Positions 38,640 to 48,298 of a stretch of DNA of 64,000 bases are shown in pieces. This stretch comes from an uncultured Gammaproteobacteria bacterium (GTDB lineage: Bacteria; Patescibacteriota; Microgenomatia; Woykebacterales; RBG-16-39-9b). The DNA is taken from assembly GCA_964367355.1 (NCBI GenBank), contig CAYIWY010000006.1, positions 15,968-79,967 of the forward strand, written 5' to 3'. Every line of letters starts with the position of its first letter. Positions within the stretch are counted from its first letter, which is position 1. Below the pieces are notes generated by a model. The model searched no databases. It was not told where the DNA came from and worked only from the letters and a program-made list of their open reading frames with translations. The position numbers and the translations under genes were made by a program.

Positions 38640-38832
38640 AAATTCTGCTTTTTAGATTTAAAATAACTTTGGATTATCATCTAAGTCTGCTAGTTCTGTC
38701 AATAGTATAGCCGTTTTTTAATTCCAACGCCAAACAATTAGGATTAATAAACTTCGTTTAATTACGTTGAATAAAATGAGGGCCGCCTCTTAGATCATTC
38801 GATCCCAAGAAACGGCCCTCTTTACCTAAGTC

Positions 38833-39597
38833 TTAATTCCTGTATGGGACGTAGACAAAAGTAACGACTAACATTCCCCCCAAAGCAACTGCCAGAACCA
38901 AATCAAGGGCGATTTTGACTTTCGTGCCATTGCTGATGCCGTTGACTGTCTCTGGTCCGGTTCCGGTCTGCGGCAAAACGATTTTCGGTGTTGCAATCGG
39001 AACAACGTGAGTCGTCGTGATCGCAACCACCCGAGTCGAAGTAGCACTCGGCGGTACTGTTGTTGACGTTGCACTCGACGGAACCGACGTGCTTGTCGGT
39101 GTCGTCGGGGTACTGGTCACTGTCGGTGTTACCGGCGTTGACGTCTTCGTCGGCGTGTTTGTCACCGTTGCCGTAACAGTTGCCGTCGATGTAGAAGTTG
39201 GCGTTGGCGGCTTCGTGCAGGGCTTAAAGCTGTCACTTTTTTCTGGTGTTGCGGTTTGTTCAACTCGAATTGAATTGATACCTCCACGCGCGTTGGAAAT
39301 ATCCAACGGCCCGAAGGAAACCATGCCACCCTCTTTACCGGCAACAACTGTTATCTTCTGACGACTTCCAGGTATTTCTACCCAGAAACCTTCACTCGGG
39401 CGATGATCGGTGACATAAATGTCAAAGCTCCCTGCAACGGGAACCCCGATTTCACCGACCACACGACCGTTTTCATCGCATTCGGCGTGAATACTCCAAG
39501 CATAAGCTGGAGTAACTGAAATTGCACCCCAAACCGTGACCAAAGATAGGGCCAAGAGCGGGGTGACTAGGACAAGCCTAATCCATGACCTTTTCAC
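38833..39597 (-). CDS. Secreted Thr/Pro-rich surface protein with LPXTG-type sorting signal
   Basis: Signal peptide; TPTxT repeats; LPQTG then hydrophobic segment and charged tail. Confidence 0.55.
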   Translation of the reverse strand: MKRSWIRLVLVTPLLALSLVTVWGAISVTPAYAWSIHAECDENGRVVGEIGVPVAGSFDIYVTDHRPSEGFWVEIPGSRQKITVVAGKEGGMVSFGPLDISNARGGINSIRVEQTATPEKSDSFKPCTKPPTPTSTSTATVTATVTNTPTKTSTPVTPTVTSTPTTPTSTSVPSSATSTTVPPSATSTRVVAITTTHVVPIATPKIVLPQTGTGPETVNGISNGTKVKIALDLVLAVALGGMLVVTFVYVPYRN

Positions 39598-39728
39598 TTC
39601 TTTCCTCCTCTACTTTTTCGTTGCTAACCATTTTGGTTAACTAAGTGTGGAAAAGCATAGCAGGTTTGAAGCTATTTGTCAACTACTATAAGACTTTCTT
39701 GAGAGATTAATTAAGAAAGTCTTGCGCT

Positions 39729-40346
39729 TTGTTATGCAAAGCTAAAGTTCTTATTTATTTTATTTGTAATGGGTATGATAATATTTTAGATGTGAACAGA
39801 AACAAAAACTTTAACTGGAATTCAATCAGAAACTTATTTTTACTAATAATTTTGGTAATTCTGCTAGTACCGTTGTTAATGATTGGTTATTTTGCCTACA
39901 ATTACCACAATCTTCCCGGAAAAAACAAAGCTCAACCAAACCCAACCAACAAACAACTGGCAAACGGCCAGACTTCTGGTTCACAAAATGAAAACCAAAG
40001 CTCAACCCCACCAACAGCGAAAATTATCCTTACTAATTCCGATCCAAACCAACCTGCATTAACCTCAGATTCTCCCGAGAATCAAACTCCTCCATCACCT
40101 CCGCCCAGTGATCCTAACCCACCACCAACACCGCCACCCCCACCCTCGCCACCCTGCCCTAAAGAATTTATTGGTACTGTAGTCTCCATTTCCGGAAATC
40201 AAGTCACTTTCAGCTACGGTGATTCACAAAGTGTAGCTATTCTGCTAACAAAAACTTCACCGGGTACTTTACCACCTGGTACCGTAGCTCATGTTCACGC
40301 AAAATTACAAAATAATGTTTGTGTAGAAGATGAGATAGAGCTTTAG
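39729..40346 (+). CDS. Membrane-anchored Pro-rich hypothetical protein
   Basis: TM then PPSPPPSDPNPPPTPPPPPSPP; start codon uncertain. Confidence 0.45.
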   Translation: MLCKAKVLIYFICNGYDNILDVNRNKNFNWNSIRNLFLLIILVILLVPLLMIGYFAYNYHNLPGKNKAQPNPTNKQLANGQTSGSQNENQSSTPPTAKIILTNSDPNQPALTSDSPENQTPPSPPPSDPNPPPTPPPPPSPPCPKEFIGTVVSISGNQVTFSYGDSQSVAILLTKTSPGTLPPGTVAHVHAKLQNNVCVEDEIEL

Positions 40347-40351
40347 CAGAT

Positions 40352-41581
40352 TTAATTTATTACCGAAGAAAGATTGAAAGAGAGATCAGCTAAGTTAACC
40401 TTGAAAGAGGTTATTTTAGTTTTATCCTTTATTAGTTTAGTTATCGCATTTCTGTCAACTGGAAGGTTTATTAGACTCGCCCCAACAATTGTTTCTTCCC
40501 GAATTAAGAGCCGTCCAAGCTTTTTATCAGCTAGGCTGCCGCGTTCAATTAGTTCGGTGTTCTCATCAACCATCGGGTCCCCAAGGAAAGAAAAGTTGCT
40601 ATCAAATATATTTATTGAGTACATACTTGTTGTCTCGAAGACTTCTCTTTGCCCAACCATATTTAACCCTGCAGCTCGACCTTGGGAAGAAGCGTTGGCC
40701 CAATTACCTAAAGAATGGGTGCGCTTAAAAACTACATCGTAAAATTCCGCCACATCACCTGCTGCCCAAACACCGGGAGCAGTAGTTTCTAAATACTCAT
40801 TTGTTAAAACACCTTTATTTAAGTTTATTCCGGAATCTTTTAAATACTCAATATCCAAATGAATTCCAATCCCGACTCCGGCAATATCAGCTTTAATTAT
40901 TGAACCAGTATTCACTTTGATCCCTTCCAGTTTTGCCTCACCGACGAACTCGACTGCTTGAGTTTCAGTTAATATTTGCACTCCATTATCAATCAAAAGT
41001 TGTGACAAAAGTTTTCCGGAGTTCTCCCCGACAACTGGTTCCCAAAAAGATTTCTCGCGAATAATTGCTGTTGTTTTAAGGCCGTTTTTAATAAAACTCT
41101 GGGCAAACTCAATCCCAATAAAACCGCCGCCCAAGACAACGGCTTCCTTACTACGAGCCATTATTTCTTTAATTTTTTTTGCGTCTTCCAGGGTTCTCAT
41201 ATAAACAACTTCCGGGAAGTTGCCCCCAGGGGTTGGCAATTTATTTACTTTACCTCCGGTTGCGATTAGTAGTTTTTCGTAATTAAAAGTTTGGTTATCG
41301 CTAGTTGTCACCAGCTTACTTTGTACATCAACTTTAACAACTCTGAGGTTTGTCAAAAATTGGATATTTTTTTGTTGGTAATTTTCCGGTGTGCGAACAA
41401 ATAAACTTTCGAGGGTGTTCTCGTTTCTGAGAAAATGTGGGACAAGTACCCGAGAATAAAGCCGGTCAGCTTCTTCGGTAATAATTGTTATTGTTGCATT
41501 TTGGTTTTTAGAGCGGATTTCTTCAGCTGCAGTTGTGCCGGCTATTCCTCCACCAATGATTAGAAAATCAACTTTAGTCAT
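40352..41581 (-). CDS. FAD-dependent pyridine nucleotide-disulfide oxidoreductase family (ferredoxin/rubredoxin reductase or NADH oxidase-like)
   Basis: DFLIIGGGIAGTTAA (FAD) and AVVLGGGFIGIEFA (NAD(P)) Rossmann motifs; 409 aa. Confidence 0.8.
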   Translation of the reverse strand: MTKVDFLIIGGGIAGTTAAEEIRSKNQNATITIITEEADRLYSRVLVPHFLRNENTLESLFVRTPENYQQKNIQFLTNLRVVKVDVQSKLVTTSDNQTFNYEKLLIATGGKVNKLPTPGGNFPEVVYMRTLEDAKKIKEIMARSKEAVVLGGGFIGIEFAQSFIKNGLKTTAIIREKSFWEPVVGENSGKLLSQLLIDNGVQILTETQAVEFVGEAKLEGIKVNTGSIIKADIAGVGIGIHLDIEYLKDSGINLNKGVLTNEYLETTAPGVWAAGDVAEFYDVVFKRTHSLGNWANASSQGRAAGLNMVGQREVFETTSMYSINIFDSNFSFLGDPMVDENTELIERGSLADKKLGRLLIREETIVGASLINLPVDRNAITKLIKDKTKITSFKVNLADLSFNLSSVIN

Positions 41582-41797
41582 TTATGGGTAAACTTGCTTT
41601 CCAGTCGGGTCGGTTAATATAATTGCTGCCACTGGACAGGTTTGAGCTGCTTCTTTGAGAGCATCGTCACTATCAACACCCTGGGCTATTACGACCGATT
41701 TACTCTCCGTATCCAATTGAAACGTTTTGGGAGCTAATCGAACACAATCACCAGATCCAATACAGAGATTACGATCAACTTTAGCAGTAAAGGGCAT
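41582..41797 (-). CDS. Small single-cluster ferredoxin
   Basis: 71 aa; CIGSGDC ... CP Cys ligands; paralog at 52679-52888. Confidence 0.7.
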   Translation of the reverse strand: MPFTAKVDRNLCIGSGDCVRLAPKTFQLDTESKSVVIAQGVDSDDALKEAAQTCPVAAIILTDPTGKQVYP

Positions 41798-41798
41798 G

Positions 41799-42701
41799 TT
41801 ATTTTTTCTCCTTAAAAAAATTATACCATTTTTTTGTTGGTTTTTCTGAAAGGGTGTTTGCCTGTGTACTGTTTACGGAAACCTTAGCGTCACTATCCTT
41901 GGAAATATCATCAACGATTTTCATTATGACCTCAGGTGATGGCTTGCTGGGAAAATCCAGTTTAATATCATAGCTTTTAGCGCTTGGGTCCAACTTTTCT
42001 TCTGGTTTTGACTTTAAACCAACTCGCTTACGGTAAACCTTAAACAACCGATAAACTATACCAAAAATTGCAAGGGCTAAGAAAGAAAAGTATAGCGTTC
42101 GAAACAACGGTTTCGTACTATCTCCACCCCCAAAAAAAGCGTGATAAACAATTAAAAACAGGGCCAAGTAGTTTATAATGTGCAACGGGCGCCACCATTT
42201 TTTACCAGTTACTCCAGGAACATGTGTAATTAAAGTATTAAAAGCAATTGTAATTAAAGCAATAAGTCCGGCAAATAATATGTTACTGGTTGCAGTCCAA
42301 GCTATGTTTGTCGGCAATAAACTGGCGATTTTAAAGTTAATTCCAAGACGGTTTTGATACAGTAGGTAGATAACAAAGTGTGAGATTGCCATACCGACAC
42401 CAACAGAAGAGGTCCATTTGGTATGGACTTCCCAAAATGAGGCGTTCTTGTAAAGAACGATTAGGAAACCTCGCAAGGCTCCGAGCACCATCGTAATACC
42501 GATCAAAACAAAAGCAAGAATTCCGGTTAACCTCAAGAAAAAAAGATAAATTGTTGCCTTGGTCAAAATTTCTGTCGCTTTTGTGGATCCGGAAATAAGT
42601 AAGAAAAAGGCATAAAACAAAGAGATAAGTGCAAAGATAACCAGAGTGAGAAAAAATGTTCCAATTGCAATGAGAGCAGCTTTTTTTATCATAGTTGACA
42701 A
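41799..42701 (-). CDS. Ferric-reductase-like transmembrane domain protein (putative bis-heme b)
   Basis: Six predicted TMs; His pairs H-x14-H in TM3 and H-x12-H in TM5 (PLHIINYLALFLIVYH); 80-aa hydrophilic tail. Confidence 0.5.
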   Translation of the reverse strand: MSTMIKKAALIAIGTFFLTLVIFALISLFYAFFLLISGSTKATEILTKATIYLFFLRLTGILAFVLIGITMVLGALRGFLIVLYKNASFWEVHTKWTSSVGVGMAISHFVIYLLYQNRLGINFKIASLLPTNIAWTATSNILFAGLIALITIAFNTLITHVPGVTGKKWWRPLHIINYLALFLIVYHAFFGGGDSTKPLFRTLYFSFLALAIFGIVYRLFKVYRKRVGLKSKPEEKLDPSAKSYDIKLDFPSKPSPEVIMKIVDDISKDSDAKVSVNSTQANTLSEKPTKKWYNFFKEKK

Positions 42702-43345
42702 GTTGGGTCAGTTGGCGCTGGCAGTGTGTAAATATAAAGAGCAATTCTTTGCCAGCAACCTAGGCCTGCGTGTTTACTTAAATAAATATTTGTCATGTTT
42801 GTTGGGGCAGATAATGTCCCGCACTGAAAACTACTACTCTTGTGAGTATGTTTTTTCCCGGAGGTTTGATCGTTAACGGACACATTGACGGCAGATTGCA
42901 TATTGTAGAGATACCCATTTACGGTGATAAAACAGCCTGACGGTGCTGGAGGCGGGGTTGCTGGCGGTGGTGTAGCTGGTGGCGGACTGCTCGATGGTGG
43001 TGAACTTGCTGGTGGGTTTTGAGTGGTTCCGCTCGATGCGGGTGGGTTTGTAGTGGAACTATTGGCAGCATTATTTGCCGGAGGATTTTGGGTGTTTTCA
43101 GTCGTCGAGGAGTTTGGGGTAGTACTTGTAGCATTGGGGTTACTAGTGTTTGAATTAACCATAGTCAAGTTTCCGGTTTTGAAGGTTGTACTTCCAATAG
43201 AAACTTTATAAACACTGTCGGCAACATAGGTAAACGTAAGAGTGACTGTGATAGATAGACAGGTTAAAAATATTGCCTCAATTAACCAACCTTTAAGAAA
43301 AAATGCTTTTACTTTTTGAAAAAATGCTCTTATTTTAGTAATCAC
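42689..43345 (-). CDS. Membrane-anchored Ser/Thr/Pro-rich hypothetical protein
   Basis: N-terminal TM; low-complexity PPATPPPATPPPA linker; Cys-containing C-terminal region. Confidence 0.4.
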   Translation of the reverse strand: MITKIRAFFQKVKAFFLKGWLIEAIFLTCLSITVTLTFTYVADSVYKVSIGSTTFKTGNLTMVNSNTSNPNATSTTPNSSTTENTQNPPANNAANSSTTNPPASSGTTQNPPASSPPSSSPPPATPPPATPPPAPSGCFITVNGYLYNMQSAVNVSVNDQTSGKKHTHKSSSFQCGTLSAPTNMTNIYLSKHAGLGCWQRIALYIYTLPAPTDPTCQL

Positions 43346-43839
43346 TACTTATCCTTTGGCAAAACTCCGAAAAAAAGTATTATCGTAAAGCTATCTGTTT
43401 TGTAAGGTGTTGGATAGTATTCGAGTTCCGCATATTGCTGACCCTTGTGATAATGTGCAACCCAAAATTTATCGCGGATTGGTTCTCCGACTAGTGTTTC
43501 CTGAGAAAAACCCTTTAATTTAAACTCTTTATCATAAAAGGCGAAGATCTCTCTAGAAATCGGGGTTGTACTAATCGCTATTGATTTTTGGCCAACCGCT
43601 AAAACCAAACGTTCTTTTTCTGTTTTCTCATCAAGTAGCACACTAACTTGTTCGTAGTTTGGTTTAGCCCAGTCTAACCCTGGAAACTGTTTTAAAGATA
43701 AGAGCGCTGCTTGTACTTGTTTCGCAGGTGGGTTTTGGGCCTCATACACTAAAAGCGGTAAAGTTCCCAGCAAGAAACTTAGGATTATTATCCCAATCAT
43801 CGTACCCTTCTTAAGATGCTTCGGTTTATACTTTCTCAT
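43345..43839 (-). CDS. Hypothetical membrane-anchored protein
   Basis: N-terminal TM; 164 aa. Confidence 0.4.
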   Translation of the reverse strand: MRKYKPKHLKKGTMIGIIILSFLLGTLPLLVYEAQNPPAKQVQAALLSLKQFPGLDWAKPNYEQVSVLLDEKTEKERLVLAVGQKSIAISTTPISREIFAFYDKEFKLKGFSQETLVGEPIRDKFWVAHYHKGQQYAELEYYPTPYKTDSFTIILFFGVLPKDK

Positions 43840-43844
43840 TAAAA

Positions 43845-44249
43845 TTAGTCCCCTAAAATACCCACAATTGGATACTTTTCTTTTATTATATCTCCCCCGA
43901 AGATTTTTAGCTGAGTTGTTGCATCCCTAGCTACAAGATAATGATAAGGTTTACCCTCCCCGTAGTACTGCTCTTTACCCGCAGTCACATCATAAACTAA
44001 ACAATCCAAACCAATATAAATGGTTGGGTCTTGCAATCCATTATGACTGAGTAGCTCTTCTTTAGAAATAGTTGGTAACTTAGCTAACATGGCTGAATTG
44101 GTGACCTCCTTGATAATCGCTTTGCACTCTGGCGGTGGTGAATAAAACCAGAAATAATAAATAACACCGGAAAAAACTATAAGAAACAAGATAATTATAC
44201 TGGTCGATCTGAATCTTGATTGTTTATTGAAAATTCTGACAGAAATCAT
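43845..44249 (-). CDS. Membrane-anchored cytochrome b5-like / MAPR-like heme-binding domain protein
   Basis: N-terminal TM; LVYDVTAGKEQYYGEGKPYHYLVARDATTQL resembles the b5/MAPR core (VYDVT ... FYGPGGPY ... AGRDAS). Confidence 0.5.
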   Translation of the reverse strand: MISVRIFNKQSRFRSTSIIILFLIVFSGVIYYFWFYSPPPECKAIIKEVTNSAMLAKLPTISKEELLSHNGLQDPTIYIGLDCLVYDVTAGKEQYYGEGKPYHYLVARDATTQLKIFGGDIIKEKYPIVGILGD

Positions 44250-44659
44250 TATTCTTCCGTCACCTCGAGGCTAGAAGGTGTAGTAAAAATTTCAAATGAA
44301 ACTCTTAGACTCAAAGCCAACAATATCACTAAATGAGCGAAAAACGATAGAACCAGAAAGTAGATCACACTGACCAAGTTCTCATCAATCCTCAATTTTG
44401 ATAAAAGATAGGCAAAAACCATTGTTGAAGCAACCCGCAGAAATAAAATTAACTTTTTTTCTCTGAGGAATTCTCGCCAAGGAGTTCTGTGAGAATAAAC
44501 AACAGCGAAATACACGTGAGTTAGGAAGAGAGCTACGAGATAAAGTTTCGTTAGGATAGCTGGCTTGTAGACCAGTATGGGGATGAGCAAAACTGAAGCT
44601 ATTACTAAAAGCAGAAGTTTTTTCCAAAATAATTCTTTATCAATTAACACCACTTTCAT
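44249..44659 (-). CDS. Small polytopic membrane protein
   Basis: Four hydrophobic segments. Confidence 0.4.
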   Translation of the reverse strand: MKVVLIDKELFWKKLLLLVIASVLLIPILVYKPAILTKLYLVALFLTHVYFAVVYSHRTPWREFLREKKLILFLRVASTMVFAYLLSKLRIDENLVSVIYFLVLSFFAHLVILLALSLRVSFEIFTTPSSLEVTEE

Positions 44660-44728
44660 ATGGGTATTTTAACTCCGTACACTAATTAGAGCAACCAAGG
44701 GCACTTGTTTTAGCATTAGTGAAACGAG

Positions 44729-45097
44729 TTAAAGCTGAGCCAGGGTTTTCTTTAAAACTTCAAGAGAAAGTAATGCACATTTTAAACGGGCGGGTCCGGG
44801 TTGAATTCCTATCAATCCCAACAAATCCTGTTTCTTAATGTTTTCGACAAACGAGAGTTTTTGTCCTTGTATTTTTTCCGCCAAGAAAGATGCTGAGACT
44901 TGGGAAATAGCACAACCATTTCCTGAATAGACTGCTTGTTCAATAACTCCATTTTTAACTGATAGTTGAAGTAATACTTCATCACCACAAAGTGGGTTTA
45001 CTAACCGGGCTTCCAAATCTGGTCGGTCAAGAACCCCTTGGTTAACTGGGTTGGATAAGCGTTCTAATAGAACTTCTCTGTATAATCTATCACTCAT
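44729..45097 (-). CDS. sufU: SufU (NifU/IscU-like sulfur-transfer protein)
   Basis: NPLCGDEV and GNGCAIS motifs; start moved to MSDRLY. Confidence 0.8.
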   Translation of the reverse strand: MSDRLYREVLLERLSNPVNQGVLDRPDLEARLVNPLCGDEVLLQLSVKNGVIEQAVYSGNGCAISQVSASFLAEKIQGQKLSFVENIKKQDLLGLIGIQPGPARLKCALLSLEVLKKTLAQL

Positions 45098-45290
45098 AGA
45101 TATCACTTTCTCGCCGTTGCGAGCATGCGTTAAGAAGAAATTAAACAAAGCGACCTAGCTCAAATTACTTTGTTTGAGTCCGCTGCTCTTGCGGACGAGT
45201 TTAGTAATTTTGCTTGAGCGACTTTAATTTCTTTAGCAGCGCAAGCCAGGCGAAAGTTTTGGTGTTACCTTTCTGAAAAGGTAACAGAAA

Positions 45291-46553
45291 CTAATTAATC
45301 TTAAAAGTTTTCTTGGCTTTTTCTATTGCAGGTAAGAGTTTATCAATTTCTGCTTTAGTATTGTAGAGATGGAAACTTACTCTGGCAGCAGCATTTATTC
45401 CAAGAACCCCCATCAAAGGTTGGGCACAGTGATGGCCGCTACGAATGGCAATACCTTCCCCATCTAAAATGGAAGCCAAATCATGAGGGTGAATTACCAC
45501 CTCACCTTTTTTGTCAACAATATTAAAGGAGATAACTCCCGAGCGTCTTTCCAATTTTTCAGGCCCATAGATCTCAACCCCTGGGGTTGATTTCAATTGG
45601 TCGATGGCGTATTTCGTCAAATCTGCTTCGTGCTCGCGCACTCTTTTCATACCAACTTTAGCTAAGTAATCACAAGCAGAGGCAAGTCCAATTGCACCAG
45701 CCACATTTGGAGTTCCCGCCTCAAATTTCCAAGGAATATAGTTGTAAGAAGCTTTCGCAAAACTTACTTCCAGTATCATATCTCCTCCACCCAAAAACGG
45801 TGGCATTTCTTCAAGCAATTCTTTCTTGGCCCAAAGAACCCCAATGCCGGTCGGTCCCAGCATCTTGTGTCCAGTAAAAACATAAAAGTCACAACCTAAA
45901 GTCTGTACCGAAACCGGCAGATGCGGTACCGCCTGCGCGCCATCAATTAAAACTTTTATTTTTGGATTGTAGGTTTTAATTTGCTCGATTATTTCTTTCA
46001 CCGGGTTAATGGTTCCCAAAACATTGGAAACATGAGTTAAGGCAACTAGTTTAGTTTTGGCAGTTAAATACGTTTTTAGTTCGTTATTCTTGATTCGTAA
46101 TTCACCACGTTCATCAATCGGGATAAATTTAAGTTTTACACCAACTTCCTGAGCTAACATTTGCCACGGAACTAAATTAGAATGATGCTCCATTTCGGTC
46201 AAAAGAATCTCATCGCCGGATTTCAGATTTGCTCGACCCCAGCTGTAAGCAACTAGGTTAATTGCCTCGGTGGCGTTACGGGTAAAAACAATCTGGCGTT
46301 TATCACCACCGTTGATAAAATCCGCCACAGTCTTTCGTGCACTCTCATACATTTCCGTCGCCTCTTCGGAAAGTTTGTGCACTCCCCGATGGACATTGGC
46401 GTTGTGGTTTTCGTAGTAATCGGCAATCGCAGCAATTACCTGCTTTGGTTTTTGACTGGTAGCTGCATTGTCAAAATAAACCAAATCGTGGTTGTAAATT
46501 TTCCGTTTCAGAATTGGAAAATCACTACGAATTTTTTCAATGTTTTCTAGCAT
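45291..46553 (-). CDS. sufS: Cysteine desulfurase SufS (class V aminotransferase)
   Basis: PLP-Lys region TGHKMLGPTGIG; active-site loop RSGHHCAQP. Confidence 0.9.
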   Translation of the reverse strand: MLENIEKIRSDFPILKRKIYNHDLVYFDNAATSQKPKQVIAAIADYYENHNANVHRGVHKLSEEATEMYESARKTVADFINGGDKRQIVFTRNATEAINLVAYSWGRANLKSGDEILLTEMEHHSNLVPWQMLAQEVGVKLKFIPIDERGELRIKNNELKTYLTAKTKLVALTHVSNVLGTINPVKEIIEQIKTYNPKIKVLIDGAQAVPHLPVSVQTLGCDFYVFTGHKMLGPTGIGVLWAKKELLEEMPPFLGGGDMILEVSFAKASYNYIPWKFEAGTPNVAGAIGLASACDYLAKVGMKRVREHEADLTKYAIDQLKSTPGVEIYGPEKLERRSGVISFNIVDKKGEVVIHPHDLASILDGEGIAIRSGHHCAQPLMGVLGINAAARVSFHLYNTKAEIDKLLPAIEKAKKTFKIN

Positions 46554-46597
46554 AGTAGATGGGTATTTTAAACCTAAAGCAAAGGAAAGTAAAATTA

Positions 46598-47245
46598 TTA
46601 CTTATTTGGTTGATGTATTACTAAGTTGTTATTCCAAAAATTGATATCACTATTCCACGCCAAAGCAAAACTCCAATAGGGATCTGACGGAGTAAATTTC
46701 TTATCAACCGATGCGTCACCTTCAAATAACGGGCTTACCAAAGCAAATGTTTGACCATCAGATGCATAATTGTAGTTTGCTTCGGGTAAAGTGATGTCAT
46801 TGAATAGTGGGTCTGATGGTATTTTGAATCGATCTCCATTTGCAAGATAAATATTATCAGGTAAATTAGAATATACTTTTCCTGCAGAATCTCTATAATC
46901 GCAAGTATTTTGCATTCCTGGGTTAGCTACAAAAGAAGTATTGTTAGTCCCTCCTAAAAGGCATGTTAATTGATCTTGCGGACTCCGACCACCAGACTGG
47001 AAAAGTATTCCCGCTGGTACGTGGAATGTACTTGGATAAAAACCATGATCGGCATGAAAATCTTCTAATGCTGCGGCAATTTTGTTCAAGTCAGTTTGTC
47101 TCTGAGCATTTCTAGCATTCCTGTTGACTGTTGTATAAGAAACAGCACCGATTGTTATCAGAACAACTATGATCGCGACAACGATTAACAATTCAATTAA
47201 CGTGAATCCAACTTGGAATTTTTTTGATTTGAGCAGTTTTTTCAT
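46598..47245 (-). CDS. Type IV pilin / pseudopilin-like protein
   Basis: Prepilin N-methylation motif KGFTLIELLIVVAIIVV. Confidence 0.75.
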   Translation of the reverse strand: MKKLLKSKKFQVGFTLIELLIVVAIIVVLITIGAVSYTTVNRNARNAQRQTDLNKIAAALEDFHADHGFYPSTFHVPAGILFQSGGRSPQDQLTCLLGGTNNTSFVANPGMQNTCDYRDSAGKVYSNLPDNIYLANGDRFKIPSDPLFNDITLPEANYNYASDGQTFALVSPLFEGDASVDKKFTPSDPYWSFALAWNSDINFWNNNLVIHQPNK

Positions 47246-47329
47246 CTACTTCTAATTGTAGTTATTTCCAAAACGATATGCAACAAAGCCATTAACAGTT
47301 TTAAACATATAAATATTTTTCTTTTAAAA

Positions 47330-48262
47330 CTAACTGGCGGTATGAATGTATTTTATACCAATTGCATATACCCCACCTTTAGCGATTCTGTCTGGGTAAT
47401 CTGCAAAAGCATTTAGGGTGTCTTTGGCCTCCGACGCGGATTTACTATATGGATAAATTTCAAGGAAATTTTCTGACTGGAGTAAACTTTCAAGTGATGG
47501 GTAATGATGAATAAAACCAACTTCAATAAATTTTGCGTGCCCCATTTTTGAACTAATAAATTTTATTATTTCTCCTACTTTAAGCACCTCTAAGTTATGA
47601 CCAGCTAATGAAGCACGAACCACTATCTTTATCATTTCCTTATCTAAAAATTCAAATGTTTTTTCTTCTAAGTACATCGACCAGACTCTTTTTCCACCAA
47701 CAATTCCATAAATATCCCAAACATGTTTTGAAAATGGCGAAAACTCGACGACGACTTCAGGAAAATCTTTAAACGATTTAAATCTGATATCAGGGTAGTT
47801 TGTTTCATTGATTGTTAATTCCCGAACGCTCCACTGCTCACCAAGTGAAACTGTTTCGGAATTAACAGCAGGCATCTGCACAATCCTTCCTTGAATCCGA
47901 AAAACCGGTGAGCGTCTATCCAGATCGTACTTATTATTACCGCTATTCCGGTATTTTTGTTCCAGTACAACTTTTTCCCATTCTAAAAGTTCTCTATGTA
48001 CTAATTTTTCTTTAAAAGCTCCCTCAACAAAACTTTCGGACTCTTCCAGTTCGCCTTGTTTTTTAACTCCCCATCTAAATTTCAAGTACGCTAAAAAAGA
48101 AATAACCAAGAAACCAGCTAAAGCCAGGGTATATTCATTAAAAACTAATCGAGAAACAATATCTTGTGTTTCTGGAACGCTAATTGCTAAAAATAGCAGT
48201 AAAGCTACAATAGCTATGAAAGAAATTGAAAATATCAGCAAACCCTTTGGATTAAGCTTCAT
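47330..48262 (-). CDS. Hypothetical membrane protein, paralog A
   Basis: Two N-terminal TMs; shared RSPVFRIQGR and ...SP..KHVWDIY motifs with the next gene. Confidence 0.5.
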   Translation of the reverse strand: MKLNPKGLLIFSISFIAIVALLLFLAISVPETQDIVSRLVFNEYTLALAGFLVISFLAYLKFRWGVKKQGELEESESFVEGAFKEKLVHRELLEWEKVVLEQKYRNSGNNKYDLDRRSPVFRIQGRIVQMPAVNSETVSLGEQWSVRELTINETNYPDIRFKSFKDFPEVVVEFSPFSKHVWDIYGIVGGKRVWSMYLEEKTFEFLDKEMIKIVVRASLAGHNLEVLKVGEIIKFISSKMGHAKFIEVGFIHHYPSLESLLQSENFLEIYPYSKSASEAKDTLNAFADYPDRIAKGGVYAIGIKYIHTAS

Positions 48263-48298
48263 TATTTAAATTTTAAACTTTTTGGAAAGAAAACTAAA

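Noticed and set aside
45149-45290. Riboswitch or ncRNA in the sufS-sufU spacer
   Set aside because: It contains a perfect 9-bp hairpin (GTTACCTTT-TCAG-AAAGGTAAC) and some long-range complementarity, but nothing matching a known riboswitch class by eye. Probably an intra-operon terminator or processing hairpin.
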